Shown here: piece by piece, positions 1 through 9,838 of the stretch
How positions within the stretch are numbered: position 1 is the first letter of the stretch
Layout of the letters: every line of letters begins with the position of its first letter
From: Aulosira sp. ZfuVER01
GTDB lineage: Bacteria > Cyanobacteriota > Cyanobacteriia > Cyanobacteriales > Nostocaceae
Assembly (NCBI GenBank): GCA_034530615.2
Contig: JAVRCV020000021.1
Location: forward strand, 1 to 24,870
Direction: 5' to 3'
DNA length: 24,870 nt
Translations under genes and position numbers: made by a program
The notes under the pieces: generated by a model
What the model saw: the letters and a program-made list of their open reading frames with translations, nothing else
What the model was told of the DNA's origin: nothing
The model's database searches: none

Positions 1-310
1 CGAGCCTAGAAACCTTGTATTTTCGTTGTGCAATATTTTATTTCTAGTTATAGTCATGATTTTAAAATCTAGGAATTGCCTTTGATGCAGTTTCTCAGTA
101 CACCTTGGCTGACTAATCTATACAGAATAATTACCTAAAAGCGTAGTCTGCGATCGCATTTCAGAGTCATCCTGGCAGCTATAAGGTTTTAAGAGTACAT
201 TTGTTACTCTATGTACTTGGCATGGGAATAATACAGATGAGCCTTTCCCGGCAATATTTTCAGATGAGTTTAACAACAACAATCGTGTAGACTGGTAGTG
301 CCAAACTTAG

Positions 311-2029
311 ATGATCTCAATCAATTTCAGAAAGCTAGTTACCCAAAAAGAATTCCAGACCATCCTCAACCACCTAGAGAGGGAGATGGGCACTACTATC
401 TGCATTGAAGATATAGATGGCAAACCACTAATTGGTATTAATAATGATGTCAGCGCTGATAAATACCCAGTCCATCTGTCAGAAGAAGTTATCGGTTGGG
501 TGATTGGAGATCAAAAAACTGCTGGCATTGCAGCTCTAGTTTCTTACCTAGCACAACAGCAACAAGACAAGAAAATAGTTGTTAGGGAATTGCTAGACAA
601 GTATGAAGAAATCGATCTCTTTCAAGATCTGTCTACACAAGTTACAGCCAGTTTAGATGTCCAAGAAATTGCACGATTGGTACTTGAAGAAGCCAGAAAC
701 TCAATTGACTCTACCAGTGGTGCAATTTTGTTGCTAGATGAAAACACTGGTTGGCTGAAAATTCTTTGGGAATATGGTCAGATTGACACGTTAGCAGAAC
801 CCCTGAAGTTAGGTCAAGGTATAGTTGGTACAATTCTCCAATCAGGTAACGGTGAGATAGTCAATCATGTCTGTGCCGATCCCAGATTTATGGAGTTTCA
901 CACAAAAGTAAATTCTCTGATTTGCGTACCCCTAACTTCTAAAAAACAGCTGATTGGGGCAATTGTTATATGCAATGATACTCCAACCACATACTCTACT
1001 AAAGACTGGAAACTACTGAGTATTTTGGCATTACAAACCGCAGGTGCGATCGAAAAAGCGCTACTTTATGAGCAAAGTTGCACCGCCGCGCAAATCGCCC
1101 AAGAACAAGCACAGCAACTCCAGCGCACTCTTTTTGAACTCCAGCAAACACAAACTAAGCTGATTCAAAGCGAAAAAATGTCTTCATTGGGTAATTTAGT
1201 TGCAGAAGTTGCCCACGACATGAACAATCCCATTAACTATGTCAGTGGGAACCTCAGCCATATTCAAGAATATACAGAAGAACTGCTGAATTTGTTGCAA
1301 CTTTATCAACAGCATTATTCGCAGCCCGTCTCGGAAATTCAAACTGTCCTCGATCATCTCGATTTAGAGTTTCTAGTCGAAGACTTGACTAAAACCCTAT
1401 CCTCCATGATTTTAGGCGTGGGACGGATGCGCCAACTTGCCTTGTCTTTAAGAAACTTCTCTCGCTTGGATCAATTAGAGATGAAGCCGGTTGACATTCA
1501 CGAAGGTATTGATAGCACATTACTCATCCTTCAAAGCCGACTCAAGCCCAAAGAAAGAAATTTAGGCATCCAGGTAATCAAAGAATACGGCAATATTCCC
1601 TTGGTTGAAGGCTACGCCAACCAGCTAAACCAAGTATTTATGAATTTGATTGCTAATGCGATCGATGCTTTGGAGGAGTCAATGATCAGTTGCCAATGGC
1701 CAATTACCAAAGCAAAAATTACTGATATTTTCCAACTTCGCATTTCTACCGAGATAGTTGACTCGCATTGGCTAAAAATTCAAATTGCTGACAATGGCCC
1801 GGGTATCCCAGACAGTCTGCAAAAACGTTTATTCGAGCCTTTTTTCACCACTAAGCCTATCGGTAAGGGTACAGGATTAGGTTTATCAATCAGCTATCAA
1901 ATTATTGAGAAGCATGGGGGATTGCTGCATTGTTTATCTCAGCCTGGAGAGGGAACCATTTTCTCTATTGAAATTCCAGTTGTGCAAAACCAATTCAAAT
2001 TTGCTAACACAGGTATCAGCACAGATTAA
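311..2029 (+). CDS. Soluble GAF-domain sensor histidine kinase (HisKA/HATPase_c)
   Basis: GAF region (LICVPLTSKKQLIGAIVICN), H-box VAHDMNNP, N-box LNQVFMNLIANAIDA, G1 DNGPGIP, F-box LFEPFFTTK, G2 GKGTGLGL; no obvious TM helix. Confidence 0.93.
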   Translation: MISINFRKLVTQKEFQTILNHLEREMGTTICIEDIDGKPLIGINNDVSADKYPVHLSEEVIGWVIGDQKTAGIAALVSYLAQQQQDKKIVVRELLDKYEEIDLFQDLSTQVTASLDVQEIARLVLEEARNSIDSTSGAILLLDENTGWLKILWEYGQIDTLAEPLKLGQGIVGTILQSGNGEIVNHVCADPRFMEFHTKVNSLICVPLTSKKQLIGAIVICNDTPTTYSTKDWKLLSILALQTAGAIEKALLYEQSCTAAQIAQEQAQQLQRTLFELQQTQTKLIQSEKMSSLGNLVAEVAHDMNNPINYVSGNLSHIQEYTEELLNLLQLYQQHYSQPVSEIQTVLDHLDLEFLVEDLTKTLSSMILGVGRMRQLALSLRNFSRLDQLEMKPVDIHEGIDSTLLILQSRLKPKERNLGIQVIKEYGNIPLVEGYANQLNQVFMNLIANAIDALEESMISCQWPITKAKITDIFQLRISTEIVDSHWLKIQIADNGPGIPDSLQKRLFEPFFTTKPIGKGTGLGLSISYQIIEKHGGLLHCLSQPGEGTIFSIEIPVVQNQFKFANTGISTD

Positions 2030-2440
2030 CTGAAGTAAATGAAGCCAATATTTTCATTATGACTAGTATAACTTCTTATGTAAAACCGTGTTTTACTCTT
2101 CATTGCACAAGATAACAGAGGCTATACCTTAGCCATCGACAATTAAATAATAATAGCTAGAAAATATGAGAGTCATACTCTAGCCAGTACCATCCGATAA
2201 GGATTGTAGTAGTCAATAAAAACTCTTCAACCTTAAAAATACTGACAGACATATTACAGACACAGGTATACAATATTATTGAAACATCTAAAATACAATA
2301 ATTTTTCTGAAAAATGCTAACAATTTTGCGAACCAATATTTTTGGTTTTTCCTAAAGGATAAATAGCTATTTTTTAATAAAAAATCTATTTGTCTAGTGA
2401 TTTTATGATAAATGCATGAATAGGAGACTCTTGAGTTTAT

Positions 2441-2833
2441 ATGAATAAAAAAGTATTAATTGTCGATGATGAAACTAGTGTTCGTCTGCTCCTAGAAGAG
2501 GCTATTGAAAGTTTAGAAGCAGAAGAAGTAGAAATATTAATAGCTAAAAATGGTGAAGAAGCATTAAAAATTATTCAAACAGAAAAGCCAAAGCTGGTAT
2601 TTTTGGATGTGATCATGCCAAAAATGAGTGGGATAGAAGTTTGTAATACTGTTAAGAATCAATTAGAAATGCCAGATGTTTATATTATTATGCTAACTGC
2701 TAATGGGCAGGAAGTTGATAAACAACAAGGGTGTGAAGCTGGTGCAGATTTATATATGACTAAGCCTTTTCGTGCCAAAAATGTTCTGAAAATTTCTAGA
2801 GAGGTGCTTGGTTTGTCTGCTGTTAGTGAATAA
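2441..2833 (+). CDS. Single-domain CheY-like response regulator
   Basis: VLIVDDE, LVFLDVIMPKMSG (phosphoacceptor Asp), MLTA, YMTKPF motifs; AGGAGA at 2422-2427; no output domain. Confidence 0.93.
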   Translation: MNKKVLIVDDETSVRLLLEEAIESLEAEEVEILIAKNGEEALKIIQTEKPKLVFLDVIMPKMSGIEVCNTVKNQLEMPDVYIIMLTANGQEVDKQQGCEAGADLYMTKPFRAKNVLKISREVLGLSAVSE

Positions 2834-2850
2834 CTGTAGATAAGAAAAAA

Positions 2851-2872
2851 GAAGCTACGGCCAAGTAGCTTC
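2851..2872. terminator. Hairpin downstream of the response regulator, putative terminator
   Basis: GAAGCTAC-ggccaa-GTAGCTTC 8-bp stem; the preceding A-run would give a U-tract on the minus strand; lies between convergent genes. Confidence 0.55.
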
Positions 2873-3142
2873 TGGATAATCTCAATGAGAAATGATTGTT
2901 GATTCTGCTCGTATAGCTGTGAGTATGTCAGCTATATTTGCAATGAGGAGTGAACTAGCTTTAACCGAGGAATTAACAGCTACTACTTTTTCATGTCCTG
3001 ACCCACTATTAAGTAGTAGCTGCTTTTAGCTCCTATTAATTATTAAAACTATTTTTCTTCAAAAATGATTCAGACGAAAGTCACGAATCAACCATGACTT
3101 TGGTCACGAAGTCCCACTCCATACCTGATTCAGACACGCTTC

Positions 3143-3637
3143 TTAGTCAGCGATCGCCCATCGGACATAAGGACGAGAAGCTGTGACAGTTTTGTAAGTT
3201 ATTTCCTTAGCAGGTGCATCAATTTTTCGCAAATCTACACGAAAATAGGCTTGCTTATTCTTAAATTGCACGAGATAGAAAGGATATTCTTTTCCTTGTG
3301 TTTGACCAACACAAGAAGCATAATCTTCACGTAAAGGTGATACAAATTCAGCAAACTGCTTATTAGATGAAACTAACTTAGTAGAATTTGCAAATGCTCT
3401 AGTATCTGCAATTACTGTATGTTCAGAACCACCTTCATAAGGTAGTGTTAACCACCATAACCCAACTGTTTCGGGACAAGTACCAGCAGTACGTTGGACA
3501 TTGAGTTTGACATTAGGTGTGGAAATTGGCCCTGGTGGTGACTGTGGTTGTGCTTGTGCAGTAGCATACATTGTTCCTAATACCGCCAGCGGGCATAAAA
3601 TACCGCCGATAATTTTTAGTTGTAACAAATTACTCAT
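3143..3637 (-). CDS. Hypothetical secreted protein
   Basis: 164-aa ORF with signal-peptide-like N-terminus (ending A-Q-A), Pro-rich linker and two Cys in the mature part. Confidence 0.75.
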   Translation of the reverse strand: MSNLLQLKIIGGILCPLAVLGTMYATAQAQPQSPPGPISTPNVKLNVQRTAGTCPETVGLWWLTLPYEGGSEHTVIADTRAFANSTKLVSSNKQFAEFVSPLREDYASCVGQTQGKEYPFYLVQFKNKQAYFRVDLRKIDAPAKEITYKTVTASRPYVRWAIAD

Positions 3638-3814
3638 AAACTAAAGTTTTACCCATCCAAGCTATCTACATATATTGACTTGTAGCATCTGATAAAAGTG
3701 CCGTCTGATTTGAGATTACAGTGTTGTCAGCTACAGTTATAGCCAAGGAAAGTGGGCAACAATATGAATCAATATCTAAGAATGCAGCCCCTTCTCAAAT
3801 AATGCTGCTATTTC

Positions 3815-5506
3815 ATGAAACCTCGAATTATTGTTTGTGGCTTAGGACGTACTGGATATAAAGTCTTTCGGTTGCTAAGACAGCAGGGTGCGTTTGTCGT
3901 TGGTATTCATCACAAACCCATCCCTAGCGAAGCTGCTGGAGATGTAATTGTTGGCGATTTACATACAGCTGCTACCCTAATAGCAGCGGGAATTGAGCAA
4001 GCTCATACTTTAGTGATTACTAGTTCGGATGATGCGCGTAATTTAGCAATTATGTTGCAAGCGCGGGTACTGAATCCCCAAATTCGGATTATCAATCGCT
4101 TTTATAATACAAGTTTGGCCGAGCGTCTCGACCAAACTTTGTCAGATCACTTAAGTATGAGTGTTGTCGGTTTGGCAGCACCAGTGTTTACTTTTGCCGC
4201 ACTAGGTAATAAAGCGATCGGACAAATCAAGTTATTTCAAAAAACTTGGCCGATTCAAGAAGAATATATTGATGAATATCATCCTTGGCTGGGGCGTAAA
4301 CTGAGCGATTTATGGGAAGAACGTTCCCGGATGCTAATTTATTACTTGCCAGTAAAAGGCGAGATAGATTTAGTAGCTGCGGTACTATCTGGAGAAGAAT
4401 TAAAAGTAGGCGATCGCATAATTGTTGGTATCCAACCCCGCATCCGTCCTACCCGTAAATCATGGGTAAGAAAATTACTAAAAGTCTGTACTAGTATTAA
4501 GCACTTTCAAAAACACGCCCAATCGGTTGTAGCGATGGCAGTTGTTTTATTAGTAATTATTTTACTTGCTACGCTTACCTATGTTTCTGCTAGTTTAAAT
4601 ATCTCTTTTGTTGATGCATTATATTTTGCTGTCGGTATGATTACCGGAGCCGGTGGTAATGACAAAATAGTAGAAAATGCTCCTAATAGTATTAAGTTAT
4701 TTACCGTTGTCATGATGCTGGTTGGCGCAGCGGTAATCGGTATTTGGTATGCAATGCTTACCGATTTTGTTCTGGGAAACCGCTTCAAGCAATTTTGGGA
4801 TGCAGCCCGTATTCCTCAGCGCCATCACTATATAGTTTGCGGCTTGAGTGGTATTGGCGTGAGAATTGTCCAAGATCTCCATGCTAGCGGGCATGAGGTG
4901 GTAGTCATTGAAACCGATAGCAACAACAGATTTGTCAACACTACTCGCGGACTCGGGATTCCTGTCATTCAAGGTGATGCCAGTTTCCGAACTATACTCA
5001 AAGCCAGTAATATAAATACCGCTGCCGCAGTGCTAGCTGTTACCAGCAACGATGCAATTAACTTAGAAATTGCCCTGAAAGCTAAAGGATTATCACCTAG
5101 CATTCCGGTAATAGTTCATTATGCTGACCCGGATTTTGCGGGTATGGCACAACAAGTATTTGATTTTGAAGCTGTTCTTAGCCCCGCGGAATTAGCCGCC
5201 CCAGCTTTTGCCGCCGCTGCCCTAGGGGGACGCATTCTCGGTAATGGCATCACCGCTGATAGCCTGTGGGTAGCCTTTGCCACGATGATTACACAGGTAC
5301 ACCCTTTTTGCGGTCAATTAGTCAAAGATGTAGCCATGTCCGCTGACTTTGTACCTTTATACGTAGAATCGAGTTGTCAAACCTTTCACGGCTGGGATTT
5401 ACTAGAAACCCAACTCAGTCCTGGGGATATTTTATATTTGACAATGCCAGCAAATCGTTTATATCAGTTGTGGCGCGACGAGCGATCGCAGGTGATGGTA
5501 AGTTAA
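3815..5506 (+). CDS. Potassium-channel-family protein with two TrkA-N/RCK domains flanking a 2-TM pore
   Basis: Rossmann motifs IIVCGLGRTG and YIVCGLSGIG; central TM-pore helix (DALYFAVGMIT)-TM. Confidence 0.85.
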   Translation: MKPRIIVCGLGRTGYKVFRLLRQQGAFVVGIHHKPIPSEAAGDVIVGDLHTAATLIAAGIEQAHTLVITSSDDARNLAIMLQARVLNPQIRIINRFYNTSLAERLDQTLSDHLSMSVVGLAAPVFTFAALGNKAIGQIKLFQKTWPIQEEYIDEYHPWLGRKLSDLWEERSRMLIYYLPVKGEIDLVAAVLSGEELKVGDRIIVGIQPRIRPTRKSWVRKLLKVCTSIKHFQKHAQSVVAMAVVLLVIILLATLTYVSASLNISFVDALYFAVGMITGAGGNDKIVENAPNSIKLFTVVMMLVGAAVIGIWYAMLTDFVLGNRFKQFWDAARIPQRHHYIVCGLSGIGVRIVQDLHASGHEVVVIETDSNNRFVNTTRGLGIPVIQGDASFRTILKASNINTAAAVLAVTSNDAINLEIALKAKGLSPSIPVIVHYADPDFAGMAQQVFDFEAVLSPAELAAPAFAAAALGGRILGNGITADSLWVAFATMITQVHPFCGQLVKDVAMSADFVPLYVESSCQTFHGWDLLETQLSPGDILYLTMPANRLYQLWRDERSQVMVS

Positions 5507-5526
5507 TGTCTCAGCATCAAAGTAAA

Positions 5527-6201
5527 TTAATTACCTGCCTGCCATGCCCCATTCTGGGGAAACGCCGATGGTAAAGATGGACGCACACAAAGATAAGCCA
5601 GAGAACCGAATAGAGGGATAAAAGCAACTGCCCAAAAAACAGCAGAATTGTGCCACCGCCGACGCGCCATATCATCGCCAAGAACTGTAGGAAACAAAAC
5701 GCAGAACAGGCAGAATGCCAAACTCATGCCATGAATAAAGCGATCGCTTTGAAATTGTTGCACAAAATCTGCCCAATTACCTAAGCTCAAACCATAGGCA
5801 AGCAGAATAATTGTACTCACACTCAATCCAATTCCGAAAAAACGAGAATCTAGCAGACGTAAAAAAGCGTTTTTCTGTCCCAAAAATTCTTGATTGGATT
5901 CACGAGAAGCCAAATATGGCAATAAACCCAGTACACCTGAAACTAATGATGCTATAGCAAAAGGCCAGAATGGGATCTTTTGCATTCTGCCATCAATAAA
6001 TAAAATCCCACTATAAATGAACAGCCAGATACCAACTAGGGAGAATAAGGTTAGGATAATCGGATTGATAACATCCCAATGCAGAGTGAGGATATTTTTC
6101 AAAAGTGTGATTGTTTCCTGTAAATGTAGTGGTGGAGCCAGTAGCACTAAGTAAGCAATAAATCCAGCCCATACCAACCACAAGGCAATTTTTGGAGTCA
6201 T
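5527..6201 (-). CDS. Conserved hypothetical integral membrane protein
   Basis: 224 aa with about six hydrophobic segments; internally repeated (LP/LA)YLxxR motif. Confidence 0.75.
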   Translation of the reverse strand: MTPKIALWLVWAGFIAYLVLLAPPLHLQETITLLKNILTLHWDVINPIILTLFSLVGIWLFIYSGILFIDGRMQKIPFWPFAIASLVSGVLGLLPYLASRESNQEFLGQKNAFLRLLDSRFFGIGLSVSTIILLAYGLSLGNWADFVQQFQSDRFIHGMSLAFCLFCVLFPTVLGDDMARRRWHNSAVFWAVAFIPLFGSLAYLCVRPSLPSAFPQNGAWQAGN

Positions 6202-6311
6202 AATCTTTAGCTGGTGTCTTCAATTAATTTAACGATGAAATTATTCTGTTCCCATCAGCTGAATATTTAAATTATTTCCCTGAACTACAAAGTATGCACA
6301 GTACACAAAGA

Positions 6312-6336
6312 TAGAGAAATAACAAGTATTTCTCTA
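6312..6336. terminator. AT-rich hairpin, possible terminator or operator
   Basis: TAGAGAAATA-acaag-TATTTCTCTA perfect 10-bp stem between two minus-strand genes. Confidence 0.35.
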
Positions 6337-6408
6337 GTAACTCTGTTTAAACTTCTGCCATAAGTTATAAGTGGCTCACTAAAAAACCGCTTAATAGCAA
6401 CAGGAAGT

Positions 6409-7281
6409 TTAAGCTGATTCCATCCACTCAATACACTTGTGCATTTGCTGGCGCATAGTATTCACATCAGCATGAAATCGTCGCCCATGTCCTGGTAGCA
6501 CCCACTCAAAAGAGTAATTAGCTAATTTCCGCATTGATTTAATTTGTTCTGACCAGGAATACCAGCAGTAATCGCGGAACGCAATCAATTGGTGTATATC
6601 TTCTGACCAAGCAAGATGATCGCCAGTAAAAAGAAACTTGTTTTTATAAAGTAAAACAGTGTGTCCTTTCGAGTGTCCGGGAACTGGGATAATTAATACA
6701 TCTTCAGTTAAAGCGAATGGTTCAAAACCAGTTAGTTGTATTTCTACATTGCGAGTACTTCCAGAAATTTCATCAGCATGAAGAATGCGCTGACACTGAA
6801 AATGCTCGGCAAACTTTTGATGATCTGCTATATCATCTCTATGAGTTAGGTACATATAACGAATTCCGCCCATCTCCTCTAAACGCTTAACTAAAGGCGG
6901 TGTAAACCTGGGGGAATCTACTAAAATATTACCTTCAGGATGTTGAATAAAATAGCTAGTAGCAGCATAAGATTTTTCCGAATGATAGCCACAATGGTAA
7001 ACATTATCTTCTACTACAATCGGAAAATTTTCTTGGGCGTTTTTGATATCTTGTGGCTTTTCAACTGTGCCGATAGAACTAGTAGGACAAGCTAAAAGTG
7101 CTTGCAGCGCTGCTAATCTTTCTTTTTCATTTGTAGGTTGGTGGTAAACTGCCGATTGTTCATCAGCACTATGAAAGACTTCAGGAGTCATCCAGCGACA
7201 GGTATCACAATCTATACAGGTAGTATCTACATAAAAATCGCCATTGACATTTTCGGGGCGACGAAGTTTTAAATTAGCCAT
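6409..7281 (-). CDS. MBL-fold metallo-hydrolase with N-terminal single-cluster ferredoxin domain
   Basis: CIDCDTC...CPTSSI cluster motif; MBL motifs THRDDIADH, PGHSKGH, FTGDH, LPGHG. Confidence 0.88.
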   Translation of the reverse strand: MANLKLRRPENVNGDFYVDTTCIDCDTCRWMTPEVFHSADEQSAVYHQPTNEKERLAALQALLACPTSSIGTVEKPQDIKNAQENFPIVVEDNVYHCGYHSEKSYAATSYFIQHPEGNILVDSPRFTPPLVKRLEEMGGIRYMYLTHRDDIADHQKFAEHFQCQRILHADEISGSTRNVEIQLTGFEPFALTEDVLIIPVPGHSKGHTVLLYKNKFLFTGDHLAWSEDIHQLIAFRDYCWYSWSEQIKSMRKLANYSFEWVLPGHGRRFHADVNTMRQQMHKCIEWMESA

Positions 7282-7472
7282 CTTAAACCTCTTGCTGCCT
7301 AGCTATTCGCTGGGATGTAATAAAAATCCTATATGAATACGCTAGCAAAAGTAACTTCAGACTATGGAAGTCGCTAGAGGTAAATTTATTCAACAAATAG
7401 AAAATTATTTCAACCCAGCAGACAGAAATGGGAAAACTGAACACATCACCATCTGCTGATAGATTTTCGGAT

Positions 7473-8894
7473 ATGCTTTACTGTTCCAATTCTAACTGCT
7501 TGAATACGTTTAATCCTGATGGAAATAAGTTTTGCATTCACTGTGGACAAATACTTACACTGCTATTCCGAAACCGCTTTCGCGTGATTAGGCTTTTAGG
7601 CGAGGGTGGATTTGGTAAAACTTATGAAGCAAGGGATACAGATAAGATGAATGAACCTTGCGTGATTAAGCAATTTTTCCCGCAAGTGCAAGGAACAGCT
7701 GCACTAGAGAAAGCAACGGAATTGTTTAAGCAAGAGGGGAAGCGTCTGTATGATTTGGGAGAACATCCGCAAATTCCTCGCCTCATTGCTTATTTTGAAC
7801 AGGATCAGCGATTATATCTTGTACAAGAGTTTATCGAGGGGCAGAATTTACTACAAGAATTGCAACAGGAAGGAGTATTTAGCGAAGCAAAGATAATACA
7901 GCTTTTGGCTGATTTATTACCAGTTCTTCAATTTATTCATGAACGAGGAGTTATTCACCGAGACATCAAACCAGAAAATATTATGCGCAATCAAAATGAT
8001 GGCAAATTGATGTTAATTGATTTTGGTGTTTCTAAACAAGCAAAGGGAACAATTTTTAGCCAAGTAGGAACTTCAGTTGGGACACCTGGATATGCACCAT
8101 TGGAGCAAATGCGTGGTCAAGTGTTTCCGGCTAGTGACCTTTATAGTTTGGCTGTTACTTGTATCCGGCTATTAACTGGATGTTTACCAAACGAAGAATA
8201 TTATGATGCTCTTTATGATGCATTGAGAGGTCGATGGGTATGGAAAGAACGCTTACCATCGACTACCAGTATTACTCCTACTTTGGTCAATCTTTTAGAT
8301 AATTTGCTTCAGGATTATGTGAAAGAACGCTATCAATCCGCCCATCAGGTGATAGCAGTTTTAAATATCCAAAAAGGTTTCTCTAATATTCTAACAGAGG
8401 GAGCTGAGTACACAAGGCTCGAAAATTTACTAGCAGTCAGAAGATGGAAAGATGCTAATGAAGAAACTTTAAATGTAATGCTCAAAATAAGTCATCGCGA
8501 GAAACAAGGTACACTCTACTTGGAAGATATCAATAAATTCCCTTGCATTGACCTTCGCGCTATTGACAAACTCTGGCTTAAATATAGTAATAACCGCTTT
8601 GGCTTCAGTATACAACAGCAAATTTGGCAAGGGATTGGTGGTACTAAGAATGCCGATTACGAAACTTGGTGTCGTTTTGGATATGAAGTTGGGTGGTTGA
8701 GTGGTAAGCCGATCAGGAAAAAATTCTTATTTTTTATTGATGTTGTAGAGGAACTACCTGCTGTCTGGTTTGATCAACTGATCTTCAATACAAATGCTCC
8801 TACTGGTCACTTACCTTGTGTTGAAACCATCAAGATTGTTGGCATGACCTGGGTATCTGTACTTTTCTCGCGCATTGAAGCTTGTGATATTTAA
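7473..8894 (+). CDS. Hanks-type Ser/Thr protein kinase with N-terminal 4-Cys zinc-ribbon and C-terminal GUN4-like domain
   Basis: LGEGGFG, VIK, HRDIKPEN, DFG, GTPGYAPLE; YCSNSNC...FCIHCG; GUN4-like IDKLWLKYSNNRFGFSIQ and PTGHLP. Start ATG 7473 preferred; ORF is open from 7428. Confidence 0.9.
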   Translation: MLYCSNSNCLNTFNPDGNKFCIHCGQILTLLFRNRFRVIRLLGEGGFGKTYEARDTDKMNEPCVIKQFFPQVQGTAALEKATELFKQEGKRLYDLGEHPQIPRLIAYFEQDQRLYLVQEFIEGQNLLQELQQEGVFSEAKIIQLLADLLPVLQFIHERGVIHRDIKPENIMRNQNDGKLMLIDFGVSKQAKGTIFSQVGTSVGTPGYAPLEQMRGQVFPASDLYSLAVTCIRLLTGCLPNEEYYDALYDALRGRWVWKERLPSTTSITPTLVNLLDNLLQDYVKERYQSAHQVIAVLNIQKGFSNILTEGAEYTRLENLLAVRRWKDANEETLNVMLKISHREKQGTLYLEDINKFPCIDLRAIDKLWLKYSNNRFGFSIQQQIWQGIGGTKNADYETWCRFGYEVGWLSGKPIRKKFLFFIDVVEELPAVWFDQLIFNTNAPTGHLPCVETIKIVGMTWVSVLFSRIEACDI

Positions 8895-9103
8895 ATAATA
8901 AATTTAACTAATTAAATAATTATAATTTGTAGATTACTACTATCAATTTAAATTGTATCTACAGTCCGAATAAATTAAGCTAGCTAGTCAAGAAGTGTCT
9001 TTAGTGGAAACAAAATTTCCTGAGTCTAAATGTAGAGATTGAGATAGCGAAAAAGCGATCGCACTTCATTGCACTTGATAGGGTGAGCTTTTCTCATTCA
9101 GCA

Positions 9104-9838
9104 CTAAAGCATTTTTTCTAAGAATTGCTTGGCGCGATCGCACTGGGGATTTTTAAAGAACTGGCTGGGAGTGGTATCTTCTGCCAACATTCCGCGATCG
9201 AGAAACATAATTCGGCTGGCGACTTCTCTGGCAAATCCCATTTCGTGGGTAACAATCGCCATTGTAATTCCTGTGTGGGCTAAAGTTTGCATGACTTCCA
9301 GCACATCTTTAACCATTTCTGGATCTAAAGCTGAGGTGGGTTCATCAAATAAAATCATCTCTGGTTCCATCGCCAAAGCGCGGGCGATCGCTACTCTTTG
9401 TTTCTGTCCCCCTGATAATTTGGATGGGTAGACATTTGCTTTTTCTGCTAAACCTACTTTTGTTAATAACTCCAATCCTTTAGCTTCGGCTAACTGTCGA
9501 TTTACTCCTTTTACCTTAATGGGCGCATAGGTGACATTCTGCATCACTGTCATGTGGGGAAATAAATTAAAGTGTTGAAACACCATCACTAACTGTTGCC
9601 GAACTTGAGCAATATTTATCTTGGAATTAGTGATTTCTTGTTTGTGAAAATAAATTTTCCCTCTAGTCGGATGTTCTAACAAATTCAAGCAGCGCAGAAA
9701 GGTAGACTTACCCGAACCAGAAGGGCCAAGAATCGCTACAACTTCACCTTGGCGAATCTCTGTAGAAATATCTTTGAGTACATCGAGTTTGCCAAAGGAT
9801 TTGCACAAGAATTCTGTCCGAATTATGGCTTTACTCAC
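9104..9838 (-). CDS. Polar amino-acid ABC transporter ATP-binding protein (GlnQ-like)
   Basis: Walker A GPSGSGKST, LSGGQKQR, FDEPTSALDPE, VTHEMGFA; GTG start overlaps the upstream gene's end by 8 nt. Confidence 0.95.
   Translation of the reverse strand: MSKAIIRTEFLCKSFGKLDVLKDISTEIRQGEVVAILGPSGSGKSTFLRCLNLLEHPTRGKIYFHKQEITNSKINIAQVRQQLVMVFQHFNLFPHMTVMQNVTYAPIKVKGVNRQLAEAKGLELLTKVGLAEKANVYPSKLSGGQKQRVAIARALAMEPEMILFDEPTSALDPEMVKDVLEVMQTLAHTGITMAIVTHEMGFAREVASRIMFLDRGMLAEDTTPSQFFKNPQCDRAKQFLEKML

Noticed and set aside
1198..1232. Variant kinase H-box (VAEVAHDMNNP) as a sign of inactivity
   Set aside because: The His, the acidic H+1 residue and NP are retained and the ATP-binding boxes are intact.
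2080..2096. GTAAAAC-cgt-GTTTTAC hairpin after the kinase
   Set aside because: Short AT-rich stem, too weak to call.
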